Position numbers and translations under genes: made by a program. A stretch of 64,000 bases of DNA from Parcubacteria bacterium GBS-2 (lineage in GTDB: Bacteria; Patescibacteriota; Minisyncoccia; Minisyncoccales; GBS-2): the NCBI GenBank assembly GCA_001443025.1, contig LEKP01000001.1, positions 161,889-225,888 of the forward strand, in the 5' to 3' direction. The notes beneath the pieces were generated by a model, which worked only from the letters and a program-made list of their open reading frames with translations, made no database searches and had not been told where the DNA came from. Positions 41,841-49,775 of this stretch are shown piece after piece (positions within the stretch are counted from its first letter, which is position 1; each line of letters begins with the position of its first letter).

Positions 41841-42077
41841 AATTGAGAAATTCTTTACTCGTTTCCATTTTTTAACATTACTTTTTCAAAGAAAAAACAC
41901 AATTTAATTATCTTCGAAAGCAGAGTAGTTTTGAAATTACAAAAAAGAAAAAATTTAAGTCAAATCAAGACAGGAAATAAGGGGATTTAATTTCTTTCAA
42001 AAATAGTCTCTTCAAGCGAAAGGTTTTAAAGAAACTAACAACATTATCTAAAAAGAAAAAAAATTTTAAGAACTTAT

Positions 42078-42731
42078 ATGACCTGTCGGACACTTTTAAT
42101 TGCAACCTTTAATCCAGGAAAATTTAGAGAATACAAGATAATCATTAATCAAATTTTAAAACTATCTTTAAATTTGATTTCGCTAAAAGATTTAAAAATT
42201 AACGAAAAAGTTGAAGAAAAAGAAAAAAATTATAAAGACAACGCGATCTTAAAAGCAAAATTCTATTGTAAAATTTCAGGGCTCCCGACATTAGCAGATG
42301 ATTCTGGTTTAGAAATTGATTACTTAAAAGGATGGCCGGGAGTTAAAAGTAGAAGAAATGAGGAAGGAAAAGAGCTTTCAGACAAAAAATTGATAACAAT
42401 GGTCATGGAAAAACTAAAAGGAGTGCCTTTTGAAAACAGAACTGCTAAATATAGGGTAGTTGTTGCATTAGCTTTCCCTTATAAAAAGAGAATTTACACT
42501 TTTGAAGGAAAAAGAGAGGGAATTATCGCTGAAAAACCAGCTAAAAAAATTTGGAAAGGATTTCCTTACGATTCAATTTTTTATTTGCCAGAAAAGAAAA
42601 GCGTTTTTGTAAATTTAACCCCAAAAGAGAAAGCACAATTTTCTCATAGGTTGGAAGCCTTAAAGAAAGCCTTGCCATTATTCAAAAGAGCATTTTTACA
42701 AAATGACAAGAAAAATATTAATGAAAAATAA
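42078..42731 (+). CDS. rdgB: Non-canonical purine NTP pyrophosphatase (RdgB/HAM1)
   Basis: LLIATFNPGKFREYK...ADDSGLEIDYLKGWPGVKS...FSHRLEALKK. Confidence 0.8.
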   Translation: MTCRTLLIATFNPGKFREYKIIINQILKLSLNLISLKDLKINEKVEEKEKNYKDNAILKAKFYCKISGLPTLADDSGLEIDYLKGWPGVKSRRNEEGKELSDKKLITMVMEKLKGVPFENRTAKYRVVVALAFPYKKRIYTFEGKREGIIAEKPAKKIWKGFPYDSIFYLPEKKSVFVNLTPKEKAQFSHRLEALKKALPLFKRAFLQNDKKNINEK

Positions 42732-42884
42732 AATCTCTCTTGAAATAATAATTAAAATATTATGGCGAAAAATTACCGTTGAAGGTAAACTTATTGAGAC
42801 CTAATCGTTCAAAGAAAAACATCAAAGAAAAACAGAAATCATTTTAAAAGAATCATCATAATTTGAAATAGGGAAATTAATAAA

Positions 42885-44012
42885 ATGATCAAATTCAAAA
42901 TAATAAAAAAGTCAAAAAAAAGCAAAGCGAGATTAGGGGTACTAGAAACCCAATACGGAAAAGTAGAAACTCCTGCTTTTGTTCCAGTAGCCACTCAAGC
43001 AGTTGTAAAAACTTTAGATTCAGAAGAAGTTTTAGAAACAAAAACTCAAATTTTAATTTGTAATACCATTTATTTACATTTTAGACCTGGTGAAGAAATA
43101 GTAAAAAAAGCTGGTGGTCTTCATAAATTCATGAACTGGCCCAAGCCTTTAATGACCGATTCTGGCGGATTTCAAGTCTTTAGTTGGGGGTTTGGGATGG
43201 AATACCAGAGTGGGAAATTTTTCACAAAAGATTTGAAAGGTGAGATTCGTTGGGGTCAACAACCAAAACTTTTAAAAATCCAAGAAGACGGAGTAATTTT
43301 TACTTCGCCTTTAGATGGAAGTAAAATTTTTTTTGGTCCTAAAGAATCCATTAGAATTCAAGAAAAACTAGGGGCGGATATTATTTTCGCGTTTGACGAA
43401 TGCACGCCTCCAAATGCAAGTTATGAATACATGAAAAACTCTCTGGTTAGGATTCATAAATGGGAAAAAGAATCTCTTGAGTCCAAAAAGAGCAAACAAG
43501 CTCTTTTTGGAATTGTTCATGGAGGAAGGTTTAAAGATTTGAGAATTCAAAGTTCAAAATTTATTGGTTCTTTGCCGTTTGATGGATTCGGGATCGGTGG
43601 TGATTTGGGGAAAACCAAAAGAGAAATGATTCAAATTCTTAGATGGTCTTTTACCCATTTACCGGAAAATAAGCCTCGACACTTGTTGGGGATTGGTTAT
43701 CTAGAAGATATTCCAAGAATTATTAGAGAGGGGATAGACCTTTTTGATTGTAATGCTCCTACCCATTATGCGAGGAGAGGAATTGCGTTCACTTCTGAAG
43801 GAGTAATAGATTTGGAAAAAAGAAAAGAAAGAAAAAGATTAGATAAAAACTGTTCTTGTTTTGTTTGCCAAAATTATTTTAGAGATTATATTTCTCACTT
43901 ATTAAGAGCTAAAGAAATCACTGGTTTGAAGTTATTAACTTTTCATAATCTTTACTTTTTCAATACTTTCGTTGAAAAAATCCGCGAGCAAATCAAAAAA
44001 GGAAAATTTTAA
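42885..44012 (+). CDS. tgt: Queuine tRNA-ribosyltransferase
   Basis: FVPVATQAVVKTL...LMTDSGGFQVFS...AFDECTP...GIVHGG and the zinc site CSCFVCQNYFRDYISHL. Confidence 0.92.
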   Translation: MIKFKIIKKSKKSKARLGVLETQYGKVETPAFVPVATQAVVKTLDSEEVLETKTQILICNTIYLHFRPGEEIVKKAGGLHKFMNWPKPLMTDSGGFQVFSWGFGMEYQSGKFFTKDLKGEIRWGQQPKLLKIQEDGVIFTSPLDGSKIFFGPKESIRIQEKLGADIIFAFDECTPPNASYEYMKNSLVRIHKWEKESLESKKSKQALFGIVHGGRFKDLRIQSSKFIGSLPFDGFGIGGDLGKTKREMIQILRWSFTHLPENKPRHLLGIGYLEDIPRIIREGIDLFDCNAPTHYARRGIAFTSEGVIDLEKRKERKRLDKNCSCFVCQNYFRDYISHLLRAKEITGLKLLTFHNLYFFNTFVEKIREQIKKGKF

Positions 44013-44029
44013 AAAGCTTAAAGCATTTT

Positions 44030-44476
44030 ATGGAAAATTTTGAAATTTGTATTAGAGCAATCATTCAAAATAGAGGAAAGATTTTAGTTTGTTTTCATAA
44101 AGAGAAAGGTTATTATTTTTTCCCTGGCGGGCATTTAAATTTTAGAGAAAAGATCACTAAAGCGCTTGAAAGAGAACTCAAAGAGGAATTGGGAATTAAA
44201 ATTCAAAAATTCTCTCTTGTTGGTTTAGTCGACAATATCTATGAAGAAGAAGGCAAAGAACATCATGAAATCAATTTGGTTTTTCATGTCATTCCTGCAA
44301 GAATAACTTCTCAAAGTAGAGAAAACCATATTTCATTTTTCTTTTTTGATAAAAAGAGATTCGAAAAGGAAAAAGTTTTACCGATTGCTCTACAAAGGGC
44401 GATCTTGAAATGGCAAAAAAATAAAAAATTCTTCTGGGTAAGCCAAATTAAAGAGAAAACAATTTTCCATAAATGA
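44030..44476 (+). CDS. NUDIX hydrolase
   Basis: Nudix box GGHLNFREKITKALERELKEELGI. Confidence 0.85.
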   Translation: MENFEICIRAIIQNRGKILVCFHKEKGYYFFPGGHLNFREKITKALERELKEELGIKIQKFSLVGLVDNIYEEEGKEHHEINLVFHVIPARITSQSRENHISFFFFDKKRFEKEKVLPIALQRAILKWQKNKKFFWVSQIKEKTIFHK

Positions 44477-45378
44477 GAAAAATTTTAAAAAGAAATAAAA
44501 CTTTTATTGCGGTTATTGTTGGTGCTTTGATTGTTGGAGTAATTTATTTTTCGCCAAAAAGAATTGAAAAGCCCGAAATTTACACGGGTCAGACCGATGT
44601 AAAAACTTGCAAAAATTTACCGGAATTACCAGATGGAACGGTAAAATTGGTTACGAAAGTTATCGATGGTGATACATTTTTGATTGAGGGAGGTCATTCG
44701 GTGAGGATTTTGGGAATTGACGCTGATGAAAGAGGATATCCTTGTTATGATGAAGCAAAAGAAAGATTAGAGGAATTAATTTTAAACAAAGAAGTAAGAT
44801 TAGAAAAAGGAAAAGAGGATTTTGATCACTATTGTCGTTATTTGAGATATATTTTTGTAAACGACAAAAATGTTGGTTTGGAATTGGTTAAAGAGGGATT
44901 GGCAGTGGCAAGATTTTATCCAGAGGATGTAAAGTACAGAGAGGAAATTTCTTTGGCAGAAAAAGAGGCGAGAGAAAAGAAAATCGGTTGCAAGTGGGGA
45001 AGTGTAATTAAAACTGAAGAAAGAATGAAATTTCAATGGGAAAGATTAACTGAAGAGAAAACCGGCTTGAAAGTGATTGGTGCTTGCCAGGCCGGGAATT
45101 ATTATGGAAAAGAAGTAATTGTTGAGGGAAAAGTTGTTGACACTTATCGATCAAAGAAAAACAATGTCTTTTTAAATTTTGGGAAACCCTACCCCAATCA
45201 ATGCTTTTCAGTAGTAATTTTTAATTCCGATTTGTACAAATTTGTAGAAAGTGTCGAAAAGTATTATAATCAAAAAACAGTAAGAATTAGGGGAAAAATT
45301 CAAGAATATCAAGGGAAACCACAAATCATTTTAAAAGATCCTTTACAGATTGAAGTAGGAAAACAAGAAGAAAATTGA
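44473..45378 (+). CDS. Membrane-anchored thermonuclease (SNase-like) with C-terminal OB-like extension
   Basis: VIDGDTFLIEG...VRILGIDADERG...YCRYLRYIFV...GLELVKEGLAVARF. Confidence 0.7.
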   Translation: MRKILKRNKTFIAVIVGALIVGVIYFSPKRIEKPEIYTGQTDVKTCKNLPELPDGTVKLVTKVIDGDTFLIEGGHSVRILGIDADERGYPCYDEAKERLEELILNKEVRLEKGKEDFDHYCRYLRYIFVNDKNVGLELVKEGLAVARFYPEDVKYREEISLAEKEAREKKIGCKWGSVIKTEERMKFQWERLTEEKTGLKVIGACQAGNYYGKEVIVEGKVVDTYRSKKNNVFLNFGKPYPNQCFSVVIFNSDLYKFVESVEKYYNQKTVRIRGKIQEYQGKPQIILKDPLQIEVGKQEEN

Positions 45379-45396
45379 TTTTTTTGGTTTTAATTA

Positions 45397-45711
45397 ATGA
45401 TAAAAAGCAATCCAAAAATAAATTACGTCGTTGATGTTTTGATGTTTATTTGTTTTTTAATTACTGCCATTTCTGGGATTTTGTTTTTACTTTTTCCTGA
45501 AGGTAGAAGATCTGGTTGGTATCAAATTGGAGGTTTCACAAAGGGTGAGTTAAAAGATTTCCACACTATTTTTGGAATCTTAATGATTATATTTGGGACA
45601 ATTCATTTTCTACTCCATTGGCGATGGATAGTGACAATGACAAAGAGTTTTTTCAAAAAAGGGGAAAAACGCTTCAGCAAAAGAAATTCTGAGATCGTAA
45701 AATGGAATTAA
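45397..45711 (+). CDS. DUF4405-like small membrane protein
   Basis: Two or three TM helices with HTIFGILMIIFGTIHFLLHWRW. Confidence 0.45.
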   Translation: MIKSNPKINYVVDVLMFICFLITAISGILFLLFPEGRRSGWYQIGGFTKGELKDFHTIFGILMIIFGTIHFLLHWRWIVTMTKSFFKKGEKRFSKRNSEIVKWN

Positions 45712-46176
45712 ATAATAAAAAAGTTTTGATTTTATATTTTTCTTTTCATCACAAAAACACTGAAAAAATTGCCAAGGCAATGGCTGAAGTTTTGGGAGCG
45801 GATTTGATTGAAGTAACAAAAGCTGATCCGCAAATGATTTTCAATTACGATTTAATCGGTTTTGGTTCTGGAATTTATGCTTTTTCTCATCACAAGCCGT
45901 TATTTGAATTTTTAAAGAAGCTAAACAATATTCCAAAAAAGAAAGCTTTTATCTTTTCTACCAGCGGACCGTCAAAAGATGAAAAGTTCCATAAAAAAAT
46001 TGAGAGGCGTGTTAATCAAAAAAGGTTTTGAAATAATTGGCGAATTTAATTGTTTGGAGTTGGACACTTTTGGTCCCTTGAAATTAATTGGTGGAATCAA
46101 GCAAGAGAGACCAAACGAGTCAGACATTTAAAAAGCGAAAGAATTTGCTAAAAATTTAATAAGTAAATTAATTTAA
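45702..46176 (+). pseudogene. Flavodoxin-domain protein, disrupted (A7 frameshift + in-frame TAA)
   Basis: Frame 0 reads KVLILYFSFHHKNTEKIAKAMAEVLGADL...FIFSTSG...FHKK to the A7 run at 45993-45999. The family-typical continuation LRGVLIKKGFEIIGEFNCLELDTFGPLKLIGGIKQERPNESDI is in frame +1. It is followed by TAA (46129-46131) and then KAKEFAKNLISKLI. Confidence 0.7.
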
Positions 46177-46205
46177 AGGTCGAAAATTTAAAAAAATAAA
46201 AAATT

Positions 46206-46589
46206 ATGGAAACTACAATACTTTTGGCAAAATTTTGGGGATGGTTTTTAACAATCTCTTGTTTGATTTTTTTCTTGAAGAAAAGTTTGATTGAGGAATT
46301 ATTTAGATTGCTGGAAAATAAGGGTTTTGTGATACTTTCTGGATATTTGGCTTTTTTGATTGGTCTGGTTTCTATAATTTTGCACAATCTCTGGGTTTTA
46401 GATTGGCGAGTAATTGTTACAATTTTTGGATGGGTTTCTTTAATTAAGGGAATTGGGAGGTTAGCTTTTCCCGAAGCTCCATCGAAAACAGCCGAGAAGT
46501 TAAGAAAAAATCCAGTCTTAATTCAATTACTTTTGATTTTTGGTATTATTTTAGGGGCTTTCTTGATTTGGAAAAGTTATAATTTATGA
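46206..46589 (+). CDS. Hypothetical membrane protein
   Basis: 127 aa with 4 hydrophobic helices. Confidence 0.4.
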   Translation: METTILLAKFWGWFLTISCLIFFLKKSLIEELFRLLENKGFVILSGYLAFLIGLVSIILHNLWVLDWRVIVTIFGWVSLIKGIGRLAFPEAPSKTAEKLRKNPVLIQLLLIFGIILGAFLIWKSYNL

Positions 46590-47500
46590 GCAGAAAAACT
46601 CTTTTTATAATTTTGGCTTTTGTTGTCTTGGCGTTGATTTTGACTCATTTTTATTTTTCTCTTTATAAAGAAGAAAAAGCTAATAATGAGGCGGAAATTC
46701 CAAACCCAGCTTCTGTTTTTTGTGAAAAACAAGGAGGGCAATTAGAAATAAGAAATTTTAAAGACGGTCAAAAAGGATTTTGCCTTTTTGAAGATGGTTC
46801 AGAATGCGAAGAGTGGGACTTTTATTATGGAAAATGCAAAAAAGGAGAAAAATTTTGCAAAGACCTTTGCGGAGATGGAATTTGTCAAGCGATAGTTTGC
46901 ATGGCAGTAGGATGTCCTTGTGCTGAGACAAAAGAAACTTGTCCAGAGGATTGCGGAGAAAAAACAGAAATTCCTTGCGCCAAAGAAGGAGAAAGAGTAA
47001 ATAGAAACCCTTTGCTTGGTCCAACTGATCAAAAATGTTGCGAGGGATTGGTGGAAGTTAGAGAAAGTAGGTCTTATAGTGTTTGTAAAAAAGGACAAAC
47101 AGTTTTCCTTTATTACTACAATCCAGAAAAAGACAAAGATGAATTAGGAAACATTAAGTGTTCAAGAGACGGTTTAGTCCCAATTGAAAGGCAAATTCCA
47201 GTTTCTCAAACACCAATTAAAGATACGATTGAGCTTTTGTTAAAGGGAAAAGAAAATTTAACTGAGGAGGAATTAAACCAAGGAATTACTACAGAATTTC
47301 CATTAGATGGTTTTGAATTAAAATCTGTAAATTTAAAGGAAAATGGAACTTTGATTTTGGAATTTAATGATCCTTTGAATAAAACAGTTGGAGGAGCTTG
47401 CCGAGTTGGAATTTTATGGTTTCAAATTGAAGCTACTGCAAAACAATTTCCTCAAGTCAAAGAAGTTAAATTTTTACCAGAAAGTCTTTTTCAGCCTTAA
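46586..47500 (+). CDS. Secreted/anchored protein: DUF333-like + CGDGIC Cys-rich + GerMN-like domain
   Basis: ASVFCEKQGGQLEIRNFKDGQKGFCLFEDGSECEEWDFYYGKC, CGDGICQ...CPEDCG and C-terminal TIELLLKG...LKSVNLKENGTLILEFN. Confidence 0.55.
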   Translation: MSRKTLFIILAFVVLALILTHFYFSLYKEEKANNEAEIPNPASVFCEKQGGQLEIRNFKDGQKGFCLFEDGSECEEWDFYYGKCKKGEKFCKDLCGDGICQAIVCMAVGCPCAETKETCPEDCGEKTEIPCAKEGERVNRNPLLGPTDQKCCEGLVEVRESRSYSVCKKGQTVFLYYYNPEKDKDELGNIKCSRDGLVPIERQIPVSQTPIKDTIELLLKGKENLTEEELNQGITTEFPLDGFELKSVNLKENGTLILEFNDPLNKTVGGACRVGILWFQIEATAKQFPQVKEVKFLPESLFQP

Positions 47501-47571
47501 AGACTGAGCTACATTTGAGCAAAAATTAAATCAATCCCAAAAAACAAAAGGTTAAAATTTAAATAAAAAAC

Positions 47572-49230
47572 ATGAAGAATTTTAAAGTATCAATTCTAAT
47601 TTTTACGTTAATTTTTGCTTTTGAAGGAATTGTTCTCGCTCAGAAAATTCCAGAGGTAATTCAAGATGAGGAAGTTTCAATAAAAGAACTTGAAATCTCA
47701 GAGCCCAAAATTCTACCCGACAATCCATTTTATTTTCTGAAAAACTGGCAAAGAGCAATCAGATTGTTTTTTGCCTTCAGTGAAAGCAAGAAAACTGAGT
47801 TGAGGTTAAAATTTGCTAACGAAAGGTTGGTTGAAATGAAAAAGTTGATTGATTTGAAAAAAGATCCAAGATTTCTTGAAAAAACCCTAAACGAATTTCA
47901 AAAGGAAGTTGAAAAAATTTCAAAAGAAAGCGGAGAAAATTTGAAAAAGTTTTCTGAAAAACTGGTTCATCAACAAATTTTACACCAAAAAATTTTAGAG
48001 AAATTGGAAAGTCAAGTTCCACCAGAAGTTTATCAAAAAATAAAAGAACATAGAGAAAAACATTTAGAAATATTTGCTCAAGTAATGCAAAAAATCGAGA
48101 CAAAAGAGAAAATTGGAGAGATGATAGCTAATGAGTTGGCGAAAATAAAAGGAAGTCAATTTAAAGAATTTAAAGATTTAGAAATGCTTGAGGAATTGAA
48201 AGAAAAAATGCCAGAGGAGGTGAAAGAAAAAATTGAGGAAAAAAAATTAGAGATTGAAGAAAAATTTAGAAAAAAATTAGAGAAATTATCAAATGAAGAA
48301 AAAGAGAGGTTTAAAAATTATTTAGAACAAATTTCAGGAAGTAAATTAAGGCACTTGGAAATAATTTCTAATTTAGAAGCAGAGGAAATTTCAGAAAAAT
48401 TAAGTGAGGTCTTAAAAGAGGCAAAAGAAAAGAAAATAGAGAAAATAGAAAGAGAGGAAATTTCACTATCTCAAGCTACCACCCAAATTCAAAAAGCAGA
48501 AAATGAAATAATCAAAGCAGAGGAAATATTAAGTCAAATTTTAGACAAAGAATATAGAGGAAAAGCTGGAAATAGACTTTTGGAATTAGCAAAAATACAT
48601 TTAAAAGAGGCTAAAGAAGCTTTTAATGAGGGGAAATACCCAAAAGCATTTGGATTAGCTAGTGCAGCTTATCATGAAGCTCTAAACGCTCAAAGAATTA
48701 TTAAAAAAATTGAGGAAGTTGAAAGACTTCAAGAAAAGATTGAAAATACCCTAACAGGAACACTTAAAGAATGTAAATGGACAATGAAAGGATGTGAAGA
48801 AGAATTTGGTAAATGTTATTGCATGGAAACTCCGGAATTAGGCTGTGAAATTCTTTGTGCAAGCAAAGAAGAAAAGGAAAAATTAAAAGATTTTCTTAAC
48901 AAAAAAGTAATCCTCATTGGAGTCAACAAAAAATCAACTTCTCCAATTATGTGTCCGTGTCGTTTAGAATATAGAGCAATTATGGAATTAGACAGAGAGA
49001 GTCATTGTCTTATGGTCTGGGATCCAGTGTGTGGGAAAGATGGCAGGACTTATTCTAACGAATGTGTAGCGAGATCAGCTGGAGTTGAAATTGATTATAA
49101 AGGCGAATGTAAAAAATGGAAATGTGAAAAAGATGAAGATTGCTCCCAGCCCAGGTGTCCTGGAGTAAAATCAAAATGCATTGATGGAAAATGTGTTATC
49201 CCTCGGTGTCCTTCTCTGTTGGAAGAGTAA
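47572..49230 (+). CDS. Secreted DUF5667-like / long coiled-coil protein with C-terminal Kazal-type inhibitor domain
   Basis: Signal peptide, PDNPFYFLKNWQRAIRLFF, about 330 aa of Glu/Lys-rich helix, then the Kazal pattern CLMVWDPVCGKDGRTYSNECVARSAGVEIDYKGEC. Confidence 0.65.
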   Translation: MKNFKVSILIFTLIFAFEGIVLAQKIPEVIQDEEVSIKELEISEPKILPDNPFYFLKNWQRAIRLFFAFSESKKTELRLKFANERLVEMKKLIDLKKDPRFLEKTLNEFQKEVEKISKESGENLKKFSEKLVHQQILHQKILEKLESQVPPEVYQKIKEHREKHLEIFAQVMQKIETKEKIGEMIANELAKIKGSQFKEFKDLEMLEELKEKMPEEVKEKIEEKKLEIEEKFRKKLEKLSNEEKERFKNYLEQISGSKLRHLEIISNLEAEEISEKLSEVLKEAKEKKIEKIEREEISLSQATTQIQKAENEIIKAEEILSQILDKEYRGKAGNRLLELAKIHLKEAKEAFNEGKYPKAFGLASAAYHEALNAQRIIKKIEEVERLQEKIENTLTGTLKECKWTMKGCEEEFGKCYCMETPELGCEILCASKEEKEKLKDFLNKKVILIGVNKKSTSPIMCPCRLEYRAIMELDRESHCLMVWDPVCGKDGRTYSNECVARSAGVEIDYKGECKKWKCEKDEDCSQPRCPGVKSKCIDGKCVIPRCPSLLEE

Positions 49231-49283
49231 AATAAATTTGAATAAAGTTTGTGTTTTTAGACATATTGAGTTAATATAAAGTA

Positions 49284-49775
49284 ATGACAAGAAAATCAAT
49301 TGCTCTTATAATTTTTTTTATTTGTTTAATTGGTGGAGTTTTTGCTTTTTGGGAATTTCAGAAAAATAGCAAAGTTTCAAAACCTGAAAAAGCAAAGCCA
49401 ACCCAAGAAAAAACTTCGCCTTATTTTTTGGTGGAAAAAGTTTATTTTACCGAGACAGATGATCCCAATACTGTTTTGTTAAACATTAAAATTAAAAGAA
49501 ACAAAATTGCTCAATACAAATACCAAATCCATTTTCCACCCCAAGAGGGCACTGCTCAAGGAATAGGTCCCATTGAGGTAGAGTTTGGTGCTCAACCCAC
49601 TGAATTTAAAGAAGAAGTTACAACTACTCCTGAGACATTAATCCAAGAATTCATTGCCAGAAGCTATCCTGACAACGTTCCTGAATTTGGCAAAAGTTAT
49701 TTTTGCAAAATTAAATTTTATTTAACAAACGGAAAAGAATACAATTGGGAAGGAAATGTTGGTTGGGAAAAATGA
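49284..49775 (+). CDS. Hypothetical N-terminally anchored protein
   Basis: 163 aa with one TM helix. ATGA coupling to the next gene. Confidence 0.4.
   Translation: MTRKSIALIIFFICLIGGVFAFWEFQKNSKVSKPEKAKPTQEKTSPYFLVEKVYFTETDDPNTVLLNIKIKRNKIAQYKYQIHFPPQEGTAQGIGPIEVEFGAQPTEFKEEVTTTPETLIQEFIARSYPDNVPEFGKSYFCKIKFYLTNGKEYNWEGNVGWEK

Noticed and set aside
42732-42884. Possible preQ1 riboswitch upstream of tgt.
   Set aside because: I could not find the preQ1-I/II hairpin plus A-rich tail consensus or any convincing conserved stem in the 153-nt spacer.
14621-46131. Alternative genetic code (TAG or TAA reassigned), suggested by in-frame stops at conserved positions in the four-helix-bundle gene (TAG 14621) and the flavodoxin gene (TAA 46129).
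   Set aside because: There are only two cases, each in a gene that looks otherwise damaged or dispensable. TAA, TAG and TGA all terminate well-conserved proteins at the expected lengths across the window. No suppressor tRNA was seen. tRNA-Trp is CCA and TGA clearly acts as a stop.
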